DNA of 64,000 nt from an uncultured delta proteobacterium (lineage in GTDB: Bacteria; Desulfobacterota; Binatia; UBA9968): the NCBI GenBank assembly GCA_963737905.1, contig CAVTUQ010000019.1:32001-96000 (forward strand). The letters run 5' to 3'. The position numbers and the translations under genes are program-made. The notes beneath the pieces are model-generated. The model had not been told where the DNA came from, did not search any database, and worked only from the letters and a program-made list of their open reading frames with translations. Of this stretch, positions 40,293 to 50,258 are shown piece after piece. Every line of letters begins with the position of its first letter. Position 1 is the first letter of the stretch.

Positions 40293-40580
40293 ATGAAACA
40301 GCCCTGCGTTTACCTCTTGGCTAGTAGGCGAAATGGTACTTTGTATGTGGGTGTGACATCAGATCTGGTCCAACGAGTCTGGCAACACAAGAATGATATT
40401 GTCGAAGGATTCACGAAGCGCTACAGAGTTCACACGTTGGTGTGGTATGAAACGTGTGAGACCATGCACGCCGCCATCGCAAGGGAAAAGGCGATTAAGG
40501 AATGGAAACGCGCTTGGAAGATTGAATTGATTGAAAAATTCAACTCAGAATGGCGCGATCTGTATAAAGAGCTACTTTGA
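40293..40580 (+). CDS. Stand-alone GIY-YIG nuclease (UPF0213-like)
   Basis: VYLLASRRNGTLYVGVTSDLVQRVWQHK...AIAREKAIKEWKRAWK. Confidence 0.93.
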   Translation: MKQPCVYLLASRRNGTLYVGVTSDLVQRVWQHKNDIVEGFTKRYRVHTLVWYETCETMHAAIAREKAIKEWKRAWKIELIEKFNSEWRDLYKELL

Positions 40581-40677
40581 ATAGGCTCCGCCCCGCAACG
40601 AGTCCACCACAGGATTTAAGCATTCTGCAGCGAGGCGACGAGTGGCTGAATAGAGATCATTTGCCGAGGTAAGAAAC

Positions 40678-41970
40678 ATGATCGCCCAGGAAGAAAATGA
40701 TTTATTGACCCAGACCGGGCCACGAACTCCCTGCGGCGAGTTGATGCGCCGCTACTGGCAACCGGTCGCTCTTGTCGAAGAATTGTCCAGCGGCTCGGCT
40801 CCCAAAAAGGTGCGGATATTCAGCGAGGACCTGGTTCTCTTCCGCGACGATCAAGGTCGACCGGGATTGTTGGGCCTTCATTGTTCCCATCGCGGAACGG
40901 ATCTCAGTTATGGACGCGTCGAACACGGCGGGCTCCGCTGTCTCTATCATGGGTGGCTTTACGACGTTCGCGGGAAAGTTTTGGAACAACCGGGGGAGCC
41001 GGGTGGAGGGGCCAAGAGGGATGAAATCTGTCATCTCGCTTATCCTTGCCTTGAAGCGGGCGGAGTCATTTTTACTTACATGGGTCCGGGTGGACCCCCT
41101 TTGCTGCCTAACTACGAATTTCTCACAGTTTCGCAAGAGCAAAGGGCCGTCACAAAAATTTTCTACCAGTGCAACTATTTGCAGGGCAACGAAGGCAACA
41201 TCGACCCGGTACACCTTTCGTTTTTGCATCAATACCTCAAGGAAGCCGAAGTCAACCGGCCGCGCATCGTTCCGGGGAGCACGACAACCGACAATGCATT
41301 GCTAGGAAAAGACCTGGCGCCGACTATCGAGGTGGAAGTGACGGATTACGGCCTGCGAATTCTCACGTTGCGCGAAGCTGAATCGAATCAATCTTATCTG
41401 CGCATCACCAATTTTATCATGCCGAATCTGTCGGCCTTCGGCGGCTCGACGGTCGGTGAAGGTTACGCCGTCCACTGGCACGTGCCTGTCAATGACACGT
41501 GCCATTGGAAATACGTTTTCATGTTCAGCCGGGAAAGAGCACTTTCGCAGGATCTGCGGGATAAAAACCGGGCCGGCTTAACACCGGATTACTTTTTAAC
41601 CCAGCGAGAGGAGAACCGGTACCAACAGGACCGCCGGTCCATGAAGACGAAGACTTTCACGGGTATGGGTTTGAACTTTCAAGCGCATGATGCCTTCGCC
41701 ACGGAAAGCCAGGGCATTATCCAGGACAGAACCGCGGAACATCTGGTTTCGTCGGACAAAGCGATCGTCGCGTCGCGGAAACTTTTGCTGAACGGTATTG
41801 AAGACGTGAAACAGGGACGAGACCCGCGCCACCTGATCAGAGATCCGAAGGTAAACCGCTTCCCGCATCTCATGGTTACTTCCGAGGTCGTTCCCGGGTC
41901 GATGGACTGGAAAGAGTACGCCAAGAAGCTCATTGACGAAAAACGAGCCCCCGCTGAGCGCGCGAGCTGA
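40678..41970 (+). CDS. Rieske oxygenase alpha subunit (phthalate 4,5-dioxygenase-like)
   Basis: CSHRGTDL...CLYHGW, EGNIDPVHLSFLH, HDAFATESQG. Confidence 0.92.
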   Translation: MIAQEENDLLTQTGPRTPCGELMRRYWQPVALVEELSSGSAPKKVRIFSEDLVLFRDDQGRPGLLGLHCSHRGTDLSYGRVEHGGLRCLYHGWLYDVRGKVLEQPGEPGGGAKRDEICHLAYPCLEAGGVIFTYMGPGGPPLLPNYEFLTVSQEQRAVTKIFYQCNYLQGNEGNIDPVHLSFLHQYLKEAEVNRPRIVPGSTTTDNALLGKDLAPTIEVEVTDYGLRILTLREAESNQSYLRITNFIMPNLSAFGGSTVGEGYAVHWHVPVNDTCHWKYVFMFSRERALSQDLRDKNRAGLTPDYFLTQREENRYQQDRRSMKTKTFTGMGLNFQAHDAFATESQGIIQDRTAEHLVSSDKAIVASRKLLLNGIEDVKQGRDPRHLIRDPKVNRFPHLMVTSEVVPGSMDWKEYAKKLIDEKRAPAERAS

Positions 41971-42138
41971 AACCGCATACCGGCACGAAAATCTCCGCGT
42001 GCTTCACAGGATCAGTGTATGGGGCTGATGCTTCATCGTCCCAACGCTGATGTATAAGTCAAGTGGACTTAGAGTCTGAATCAACTAGAATATCTCGCGC
42101 CTAGAAGAAATTTTTGCGCATACGAGGAAGGGGGAATT

Positions 42139-43122
42139 ATGAAATTGCTGAGCAGGCTGATGTATGTCGTTCTCGCGCTCGTGGTTTTCCCCGTAAGTTC
42201 CGTTGCCGAGGAACGCTACCTGATCGGCTACGCCGGGTTCGCGGGCTTCCAAGCGTCCATGTGGGCCGTTAAGGACTTGGGCTTGCTCAAAAAGTACGGT
42301 CTCGATGGCGAAGTGGTGTTGGTTCCCGGAACCACGCGCCAGATCCAGGCGCTCGTGGGCGAAAGCATCGATTTCGCGCATGTCGATGCCGCGGGTCACA
42401 TTCGAGCCGTAATGCGAGGAGCAGATATGGTTCTGGTTGGAGGGTCGCTGAACAAGTTTCCGTTTAGTCTCGTAACACAAAGGGAGATTCGCAAACCGGC
42501 GGATCTAATCGGCAAGAAAATCGGCATCGTCGGATTTGGCGGCGCCAACGATCTGGCCGTTACTCTCCTGCTCAAAGAGTGGAAGATTCCGCGTGAAAAA
42601 GTCACGGTTCTGCAGGCGGGGGGAGGCGCGAACCGGCTTGTGGCCATGACTGCGAAAGCGCTTGATGCAACGGTGCTTTCTCACCCGGAGCTTGGCGAGG
42701 CCTTGCGCATGGGGATGAACGAGTTGGGCAACCTGAACGACTTCAAATCGGCTGATTATCCCATGACCGCCGTGGCGGTCCGTCGCGCGTTCTTGCAGAA
42801 TAACCGTGATGTCGTGAAGCGTTTCATGCGGGCCTACGCTGAAGGCACGTACCAATTCATGCACGACAAGGAGACAGGGATCAAGATTTTGCGGAACAGG
42901 CTGAAGCAGGACAACCCGACGGCGCTCGAGGAGACTTACCGTTATTTTGCTCCGCAGTTTTCTTTTCCGACGCGAGTCTCCCAAATCGGGTTGCGCAACA
43001 CGATTGAGATGATCGCGAAAGAAAATACCAAAGTAGAAACCAGTCTCGACAAATATGTCGACGAGAGTTTGCTTGACGAGTTGGAGAAGGAAGGATTCTT
43101 TAAAAAGGTCGCTGGAAAATGA
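42139..43122 (+). CDS. SsuA/NMT1-like ABC substrate-binding protein
   Basis: Signal peptide, ERYLIGYAGFAGFQ, ELEKEGFF. Confidence 0.88.
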   Translation: MKLLSRLMYVVLALVVFPVSSVAEERYLIGYAGFAGFQASMWAVKDLGLLKKYGLDGEVVLVPGTTRQIQALVGESIDFAHVDAAGHIRAVMRGADMVLVGGSLNKFPFSLVTQREIRKPADLIGKKIGIVGFGGANDLAVTLLLKEWKIPREKVTVLQAGGGANRLVAMTAKALDATVLSHPELGEALRMGMNELGNLNDFKSADYPMTAVAVRRAFLQNNRDVVKRFMRAYAEGTYQFMHDKETGIKILRNRLKQDNPTALEETYRYFAPQFSFPTRVSQIGLRNTIEMIAKENTKVETSLDKYVDESLLDELEKEGFFKKVAGK

Positions 43123-43327
43123 TCCGCGACGGTTCAAAACGTTCCATCCGTTCAAATCGTTCAAGCCGTATAATAGGTTCAACCCAGCACGGCTAACACG
43201 TTCGACGTTTTGAACTGCATGAACGATTCAAACGTTTTGAACAAGGGCCGACGAAGGAGGCCATTACATGTTCACCAAGATTCAGCACACCGCCATGGTC
43301 AGTGAAAACTTCGTAAGATGCAGCCAC

Positions 43328-44308
43328 ATGATAAAAACATTACTCGCCGCGGTTTCCCTTGTTCTTGTCGTGGCCGGAATTCCGGCTGCTCAGGAACGTT
43401 ACATGATCGGTTACGCAGGATTCGCGGGGTTCCAGGCCTCCATGTGGGCTGTCAAAGACCTGGGGTTGCTCAACAAGTATGGCTTGGACGGCGAGGTGGT
43501 GATGCTTCCCGGTTCGATTCGCCAGATTCAAGCGCTGGTCAGCGACAGCATTCACTTTGGGCATGTGGATGCGGCGGGTACGATTCGAGCGATCATGGGC
43601 GGCGCCGACATCGTGATGGTGGGGGCGTCGCTGAACAAGTTTCCTTTTAGCTTTGTGACCCAAAAGGAGATTCGCAAACCCGCGGACCTCGTGGGGAAGA
43701 AAATCGGTGTCGTCGGGTTCGGCAGCGCCCATGAGATGGCCATGACTCTGCTGCTTAAAGAGTGGAACATTCCGCGGCAATCGGTGGCGATCATACAAAG
43801 CGGCGGGGCTGCCAACCGGCTCATTGCGCTTTCCGCGCACTCCCTCGATGCCACCCTGCTCTCTTATCCGGAGATCGGCGAGGCGAACCGGATGGGTATG
43901 AGCGTGCTCAGTGACTTTAATGAGCTCAAGTCGGCGGACTATCCCATGACCGCCGTCGCCGTGCGCCGCGCCTTCTTGGAACAAAAACGGGATACGGTAA
44001 AGCGGTTCATGATGGCCTACGCCGAAGGAACTTACCAATTCATCGCCGACAAAGAAAAGGCCTATTTGATTTACAAACGTAGGCTAAAGCAAAACAACCC
44101 CAAAGCGCTGGAAGAGACCTATCAGTATTTTGCTCCGAAGTTTTCTTTCCCGACCCGGGTCTCTCAAAACGGCCTGCGCAACACTCTGGAATTGATCGCG
44201 AAAGAAAATCCGAAATTGGATATGAATCTCGGCAAGTATCTCGACGAAGGTATTTTAGACGAGTTGGACAAAGAGGGGTTCTTTAAGCAGATCGCGAGAA
44301 GTAATTAG
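43328..44308 (+). CDS. SsuA/NMT1-like ABC substrate-binding protein, tandem paralog of 42139-43122
   Basis: Shares long identical stretches (IGYAGFAGFQASMWAVKDLGLL, KSADYPMTAVAVRRAFL). The ORF extends upstream to 43268 through a VOC-gene remnant. Confidence 0.88.
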   Translation: MIKTLLAAVSLVLVVAGIPAAQERYMIGYAGFAGFQASMWAVKDLGLLNKYGLDGEVVMLPGSIRQIQALVSDSIHFGHVDAAGTIRAIMGGADIVMVGASLNKFPFSFVTQKEIRKPADLVGKKIGVVGFGSAHEMAMTLLLKEWNIPRQSVAIIQSGGAANRLIALSAHSLDATLLSYPEIGEANRMGMSVLSDFNELKSADYPMTAVAVRRAFLEQKRDTVKRFMMAYAEGTYQFIADKEKAYLIYKRRLKQNNPKALEETYQYFAPKFSFPTRVSQNGLRNTLELIAKENPKLDMNLGKYLDEGILDELDKEGFFKQIARSN

Positions 44309-44440
44309 ATTCTGTTCAAACGTTCAATCGTTCAAAGTTCAAAGCGTTGGGCAAATCACGGACCGAAAGATTTCCGAGCCGGTTTGAACAACTTGAACGG
44401 TTTGAACGTTTTGAACGAGACCGACCAAAGGGAGGCGTAG

Positions 44441-45292
44441 ATGTTAAGCCGGATTCAACATGCCGCGATCGTGAGTGAAAATTTCGTCCGCGAGGCGAAG
44501 TTTTACGAAGCGGTGCTTGGAATGAAACGGTCCAAGCCGGGCTCGGCCGAGGAAGAAAAGGCGATCCGAACCAACTACGCGGTCAGCATCAGCGACGGCT
44601 ATGTCGGCGTCACCGTAATCGGTAGAAAGCCTGGATACGTTCCTGGCCTGCATCATTTCGGCGTCGATGTCGATGATGTCGACGAAGCCATTCGCCGGAT
44701 CAAGAAAAACTATCCCGACGTCGCGGTACTCAAGCGGCCGTCGAACCGGCCCTTCGCGAGCTATGGCGCTCACGATCCGGAAGGTAACTACTTCGATCTC
44801 ACTCAGGAAGGCATGGACAACCGTAGAGATGTCTACGCGGTTCGGCCGGGTTCACCGCAAGGCGAGCAGCAACGGGAGCAGCCAAGGCGCATCCATCATA
44901 TTAAGCTGCGGGTGATGAAACCAACCGTGGTTGCCGCTTTCTACCGCGATCTATTCGATTTGAAGGAAGAAGAAAAAGCGCCGGAAGATCCCAACTTCTA
45001 CCTGACCGACGACAAAGTAACTTTGATCATCGCGCCGTGGAAAATGAGCGATTTCGAAGGCGCGGGGATCGACCGTCCGGGAATAGAACATGTTGGCTTC
45101 AAAGTCGAAAGCGTTCAGGCTGTCAAGAAAGAACTAGCCGCTTTGCGCGAATCCGATCCCGAGATGCGCGAGCGGATCGTCAGCGAGCCCAAAGAAGGCG
45201 AGCGCCGTCTTAGCTTGATCGCGACGTGCCGCCACGGCCAGCATCAATTCTCCGACCCGGACGGGGTATTCATCGATATCGTGGAGAGTTAG
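44441..45292 (+). CDS. Two-domain VOC (glyoxalase-like) family protein
   Basis: IQHAAI...FYEAVLGM...GLHHFG...DPEGN; second domain IHHIKL...GIEHVGF...DPDGVFID. Confidence 0.88.
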   Translation: MLSRIQHAAIVSENFVREAKFYEAVLGMKRSKPGSAEEEKAIRTNYAVSISDGYVGVTVIGRKPGYVPGLHHFGVDVDDVDEAIRRIKKNYPDVAVLKRPSNRPFASYGAHDPEGNYFDLTQEGMDNRRDVYAVRPGSPQGEQQREQPRRIHHIKLRVMKPTVVAAFYRDLFDLKEEEKAPEDPNFYLTDDKVTLIIAPWKMSDFEGAGIDRPGIEHVGFKVESVQAVKKELAALRESDPEMRERIVSEPKEGERRLSLIATCRHGQHQFSDPDGVFIDIVES

Positions 45293-45386
45293 AAGGCGCA
45301 GTTCTTACCGTGCTGCGCGGTGCTCCGTGTCATTTCGACCGGAGGGAGAAATCTTTTCCCGCCGCGCTGGAGTGGCGGTCAACGAG

Positions 45387-46487
45387 TTACGACATCTCGA
45401 ACGGTATCCCCGTTTTTTTCGAGATGTCCAACAAATCATTCACCACTGGTTTGATCAGGGGAATTCCTTCTTTGCTACGAATCGCCTCGGCTTCTCTTTC
45501 CGGATCGCCGGGGATGAGTGGGCCGTTGGTTCCGGGAGCGGGTTTGGTGTTGCGGAAGACGTGAATCCAGTCGTCGATCTGTCTCTTGAATTCGTTTTTG
45601 TCGATGAAACCGTCGATTTGCATGGCCCCAAAGAAGTGACCGATGCCTTTGCCGACGCTACGCTCGGGGATCTCTTGTCTGAGGGCGAAGGGTGGCGCGA
45701 AGGGTCCCCAGTTGGCGCCGCTGAGAACGCAGCACAGGATGTCGACCATAGAGGCGAGACCATAGCCTTTGTGCCCGCCCATTTCTCTTTCGGAGCCAAG
45801 CGGAAGTTGAGCCCCGCCGTCGATCATATCGTGCGGAGTCGTGGTGTCACGGCCGGCTTTGTCGATGATCCAGCCCTTTGGAATTTGTTCCTTTTTCCGC
45901 AGGGCGATTTCGATTTTGCCGTAGGCCACGGCGCTGGTGGCCATGTCGATGACAATCGGCGGCTCTTTGTCGCCTGGAAAGGCGATGGCGATCGGGTTGG
46001 TGCCGAGCATTCTTTCCGCACCCCACAGTGGCGCGACCAATTTCGTTGAGTTGGTCATGGCCCAACCAATCAGATCCCTTTCGAGCGCTTGCAAAGGATA
46101 ATAGCCCGCGAATCCGAAATGGTTCGTATTGCAAACACTTACCCAACCCGAGCCAAACTTCTCCGCCTTGTCCATGGCGATCTCATTCGCCTTCGGGCCG
46201 ACCACGAGGCCTAAACCATTGTCTCCATCGATGGTTGCCACGCTGGCTTTTTCCCGGACGATCTTGATATTGGGCTTGGGATTGATTCGCCCTAGCTCCA
46301 GCATGTCGAAGTAAGTGTGCAGCCTCGCCACGCCGTGGGAATCGATGCCTCTTAGATCCGACTTCGCCAAGACCTCGGCGGCTTGTCTGGCGTCCGCTTC
46401 GGGGACGCCGAAATAGGTGAACACGGCGGCGGAGAAGTCCGAAAGATAGTCTCCGGGAAAAAGATGAAATTCAGCTTCTAAACTCAT
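45387..46487 (-). CDS. Ldh_2 family oxidoreductase (malate/L-sulfolactate dehydrogenase, ComC/AllD-like)
   Basis: DLRGIDSHGVARL, DGDNGLG, NHFG, GTNPIA, DMATS, GHKGYGL. Confidence 0.92.
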   Translation of the reverse strand: MSLEAEFHLFPGDYLSDFSAAVFTYFGVPEADARQAAEVLAKSDLRGIDSHGVARLHTYFDMLELGRINPKPNIKIVREKASVATIDGDNGLGLVVGPKANEIAMDKAEKFGSGWVSVCNTNHFGFAGYYPLQALERDLIGWAMTNSTKLVAPLWGAERMLGTNPIAIAFPGDKEPPIVIDMATSAVAYGKIEIALRKKEQIPKGWIIDKAGRDTTTPHDMIDGGAQLPLGSEREMGGHKGYGLASMVDILCCVLSGANWGPFAPPFALRQEIPERSVGKGIGHFFGAMQIDGFIDKNEFKRQIDDWIHVFRNTKPAPGTNGPLIPGDPEREAEAIRSKEGIPLIKPVVNDLLDISKKTGIPFEMS

Positions 46488-46531
46488 AACATCGATCTCC
46501 CAATCGGGCCGGAGAAACCTTCTGAGGGAGG

Positions 46532-47568
46532 CTATCGGATCGGGTGCCTGACTGTCAATGTATTAGGAAGTCGGAATTGGAATAGCAGGGTTCGCTGTAA
46601 CGGGTGATAGTTGTCGTCTGAGACGATGTAAATGATCGTTCCGTTACGCTGATCTTCTTGGACAGCGACGCCCTCGAAATTGTCGACTTCGAGAGGATAT
46701 TCGAGTTTTATCAGTTCCTCGCCGACGAGCTTGGATCCGGGTTGAATAGTTGTCGCCCGGACCAATTTCAGCCGCGCCGACAGGATCCCCAACGGAACGT
46801 AGCGACGCTCGAGAACAATCACATCACCATTGCTCAATGCCGCGCAATCCGTCACTCGAAATCCCTCGGAAGGTAGATAAGAAAGCTCGAAAAAACGTTC
46901 ACTTTCGATCAACCAGCCTTTGAAGCTTCCATCCCGATTCTGGAACTCCTCGGTCAAGGCCAGCAGGCGACCATCCGAAAAAGCGGCAATCCCCTCCATT
47001 CCGCCGTTGCTGGGAGCTTTCCCGACGTCAGCCGGGGTGAGCACTGGTGCGGGCAAAGAACGGAAAGTAATAGGAGGCGGAGGATAACGCCAGATTCGAT
47101 GGACCTGCTCGAAAGCTACCAGAAAGGAACCATCTGGAGCGCGTGCCAAAGCTTCGGCATCATGCAGTGGATTGCGTTACCGGCGCACCGGTCGTGGACC
47201 GGATGCGGTTGGATGACCCAGTCGCGTGAGATCCAGCAGTTGGCCTCCGAATCTACGATCATTTGCGCCGAAACCCAGTAGCCTGCATCCGAGACCCCGT
47301 ACAATCTCCCGTCTGCTCCAATCGTCAATCCGGATAGTCCGCCAAAACGCGGGTCGCGTGAGCGCAATTGAAAACCGCTCAAAAATTCGAGACGGCCAAA
47401 TTCTCTCTGCTGAGGATTCCTGGCATCGAGTTCGATGGGGAGCAATTCGACGAGCTGCGGATTCGGACCGGCCTGGCCGGCGGTGTGCCAGCTGCAAGAA
47501 ACCGACAAAAGAAACAGAGCCAAAGCGAGCGAAACGGAGATCACAGCGCGAATCACGAAGCGTTCCAC
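46532..47568 (-). CDS. Esterase-like activity of phytase family protein, probable lipoprotein, frameshifted near 47150-47240
   Basis: Lipobox-like LSVSC, FGGLSGL, SNGGMEG, VDNFEG, VSDDNY...QRTLL. Confidence 0.8.
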
Positions 47569-47743
47569 GAGCGGATCGAGATATGCGAGATAATGGCACC
47601 GTATAACATCCGACTCAAGCCTAAAGATCGCGCCGCGCGGCTTGACAGAGGTCAGATGGCCGTTATAGGCAGAGTATGGCGTCGGTCGGGTCTTTGCGTT
47701 TCGTAAAATGAACTATGTTTTTATCGCATGAGGCGCGAACATA

Positions 47744-49978
47744 ATGATCCTGGAACAGCATAAGTTTTCAATTATCGGCAACTCCGTCCATCGCGTCGAT
47801 GGTGTTGATAAGGTCACGGGCAAGGCGAAGTACGTTGCCGATCTGATCATTCCTGGAATGAGCGAAGGCAAGTTTCTGCGCAGCCCTTACGCCCATGCGC
47901 GCATCCGCTCCATCGGCACAACTGAAGCTGAAGCCATGCCGGGTGTGTTCGCGGTAGTTACGAGCAAAGACTTTACGGATATCAGCCCCTACATGGGGCG
48001 CGGCAAGAGCAAAGATCACCCGATCATCGCATTGGATCGGGCGATCTTTGCCGGCCAGCCGGTGGCGGCGGTTGCCGCGGTGGACCGGGCGACCGCGGAA
48101 GAGGCGTTGAGCAAGATCAACGTCGTTTACGAAGAGCTTCCGGCTGTGATCGAAGTCGAAGAGGCGATGGCTGACGGCGCGCCGTTGGTCCATTCCTTCG
48201 TGGAAAAAAACATCTGTTTCCAGACGGAGCTCGTTAAAGGGAATGTCGAAAAAGCTTTCGTCGATGCCGATGAGATCTTCGAAGATAGTTTCGAGTTCCC
48301 GATGATCTATCACTATTCGATGGAACCGCATACGTCCATCGCCCAAGTGGACGGCGACGAGATCACGATCTGGGCGTCCACGGGGCACCCGTTCGGTGTG
48401 CGCCAGGAAGTCGCGGAGGTCTTTAAAGTACCGCTCTCTAAAGTGCGGGTGCATACGAATTTCGTCGGTGCGGCCTACGGCAGTAAGTCCGGCGCGAAAA
48501 TCGAGCCCCTCGTCGTCGCGCTGGCGCGGAAAGCCCAGCGCCCGGTACGAGTAGTGCAAACTTTTTTCGAGGCGATGGTGACCTGCCGCCGTCACGCGGT
48601 CAAGTGCAAGGTCAAAACCGGAGTGAAAAAAGACGGCACCTTAGTGGCGAAACAGGCGCAAATTTTTCTCAACACCGGCGCCTATGCGGAAACGGGTCCG
48701 ACGGTTACCGGAAGGACGCTCACGCGTATTCTCGGGCCCTATCGTTATCCGAACCTGAAAATCAATGCGTACTGCATTTATACTCATACGGCGTCAGCCG
48801 CGTCGTTCCGTTCTATCGGCGGGCCGCAGACCGCGTGGGCGACCGAGTCGCAGATGGATATCATCGCCAAGAAGCTTGGGCTGGACCCGGTAGAGTTGCG
48901 CCTGAAGAATCTGGTTAAAAAAGGCGAAGAGATCCGGCCGAACTTTAGACCGCTGGATGCCGATCTCTTCAAAGGGTTCAAACTAGTCACGGACAAATTG
49001 GGTTGGGATGGTCCGGTTTCCAGGGAAGGACACGGCAGAGGAGTCGGATTTGGCACGACCGATCCCGGCGCGCCGCTTGCGTCGACATCCACAGTGCACG
49101 TGCTGGCAGATGGCAGCGTTGTGTTTATGTGCGGCACCGTGGAACTGGGTCAGGGCGCCAAGACCGTAATGAGCCAAATCGTCGCGGAAGAATTGCGCGT
49201 GCCGCTCGACCGGGTCACGATCAGGCCCATCGATACTGCGTTCACGCCGTTTGACCGCTCCACCGGTTCGAGTCGCTCGACCACCGTTATGGGCAAGGCG
49301 GTTGAGCTGGCGGGGTGCGACGCGCGCCGGCAAATCCTTGAGTTGGCTTCCGATCATTTTGAATGCCCCGACGATGCGATTACGCTTAAGGATGGCGAAG
49401 CGATCGCCGGCGGCAAGAGAATCACCTACGGCGAATTGATTAACAAGCACTTTGCGATGCAAGGCGGCGAGCTCGTCGGGACGGGTTACGCCCACAGTGG
49501 GATGGCGCCGACGCCGGCCAATCCGCTGTTTTGGGAAATCGGCATCGGCGCAGTGGAGGTCAGGGTCGACAAAGAAACCGGCCAGGTGCATGTTGAAAAG
49601 TATGTGACTGCCGCGGACGCCGGCAAGGCGCTGCATCCGCTTCAGTGCGAGGGGCAGGACGAAGGATCGGCGATGATGGGGTTCGGGCATACCTTCTATG
49701 AATCCTATCAATTCGACGGTGGGCAAATCATCAATTCGAGCCTGGTGGATTACAAAGTGCCCACCTTCGACGACGTGCCTGACGAGTTCGAATCGATCTT
49801 GATCGAAGACGCTAATGGTCCGGGACCCTATGGCGCCAAAGGTTTGGGCGAGGGCGGAATTATTCCTGTGGCCCCTGCAGTGGCAAACGCGGTGGCGTGG
49901 TGCACCGGCGCCCGAGTAAAGTCGTTGCCGCTGACGCCGGAAAAGGTCTGGCGCGCGCTGCAACAGACGAAAGACTAA
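47744..49978 (+). CDS. Xanthine dehydrogenase family molybdopterin-binding subunit
   Basis: KVTGKAKY, LRSPYAHARI, HYSMEPH, YGSK, ELGQG, GAKGLGEGG; no FAD or 2Fe-2S subunit genes adjacent. Confidence 0.93.
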   Translation: MILEQHKFSIIGNSVHRVDGVDKVTGKAKYVADLIIPGMSEGKFLRSPYAHARIRSIGTTEAEAMPGVFAVVTSKDFTDISPYMGRGKSKDHPIIALDRAIFAGQPVAAVAAVDRATAEEALSKINVVYEELPAVIEVEEAMADGAPLVHSFVEKNICFQTELVKGNVEKAFVDADEIFEDSFEFPMIYHYSMEPHTSIAQVDGDEITIWASTGHPFGVRQEVAEVFKVPLSKVRVHTNFVGAAYGSKSGAKIEPLVVALARKAQRPVRVVQTFFEAMVTCRRHAVKCKVKTGVKKDGTLVAKQAQIFLNTGAYAETGPTVTGRTLTRILGPYRYPNLKINAYCIYTHTASAASFRSIGGPQTAWATESQMDIIAKKLGLDPVELRLKNLVKKGEEIRPNFRPLDADLFKGFKLVTDKLGWDGPVSREGHGRGVGFGTTDPGAPLASTSTVHVLADGSVVFMCGTVELGQGAKTVMSQIVAEELRVPLDRVTIRPIDTAFTPFDRSTGSSRSTTVMGKAVELAGCDARRQILELASDHFECPDDAITLKDGEAIAGGKRITYGELINKHFAMQGGELVGTGYAHSGMAPTPANPLFWEIGIGAVEVRVDKETGQVHVEKYVTAADAGKALHPLQCEGQDEGSAMMGFGHTFYESYQFDGGQIINSSLVDYKVPTFDDVPDEFESILIEDANGPGPYGAKGLGEGGIIPVAPAVANAVAWCTGARVKSLPLTPEKVWRALQQTKD

Positions 49979-50258
49979 AGGCCGGAAAGGAAGTTTTGGA
50001 GACACCTACGCTGTGTTATTCAGCGAGACTGACCGACGAGCGAGCCTCTCCGGTCGCGGGCAATGGGCCTGTGCCTTGAGGACGCCTGCGAACTGAAGAG
50101 GCAAATCGCAGAGTAAGGAAGAAACGCGAGCCTATAGCCGAGGCCCTAGAAGTCAGCGTAGCTCTACGCTCTTGTGCCCACTCGCTCCGAGGCTCACTCG
50201 GCGGTCATGCATAGCGCGGCCTAATGTCCCACAGTAGAAACTTTGAGGTGGAAACCTT

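Noticed and set aside
43132-44418. GTTCAA/TTGAAC repeats as a possible CRISPR array
   Set aside because: Units are 7-9 nt, tandem and inverted, with no constant 25-40 nt repeat separated by unique spacers, and there are no cas genes.
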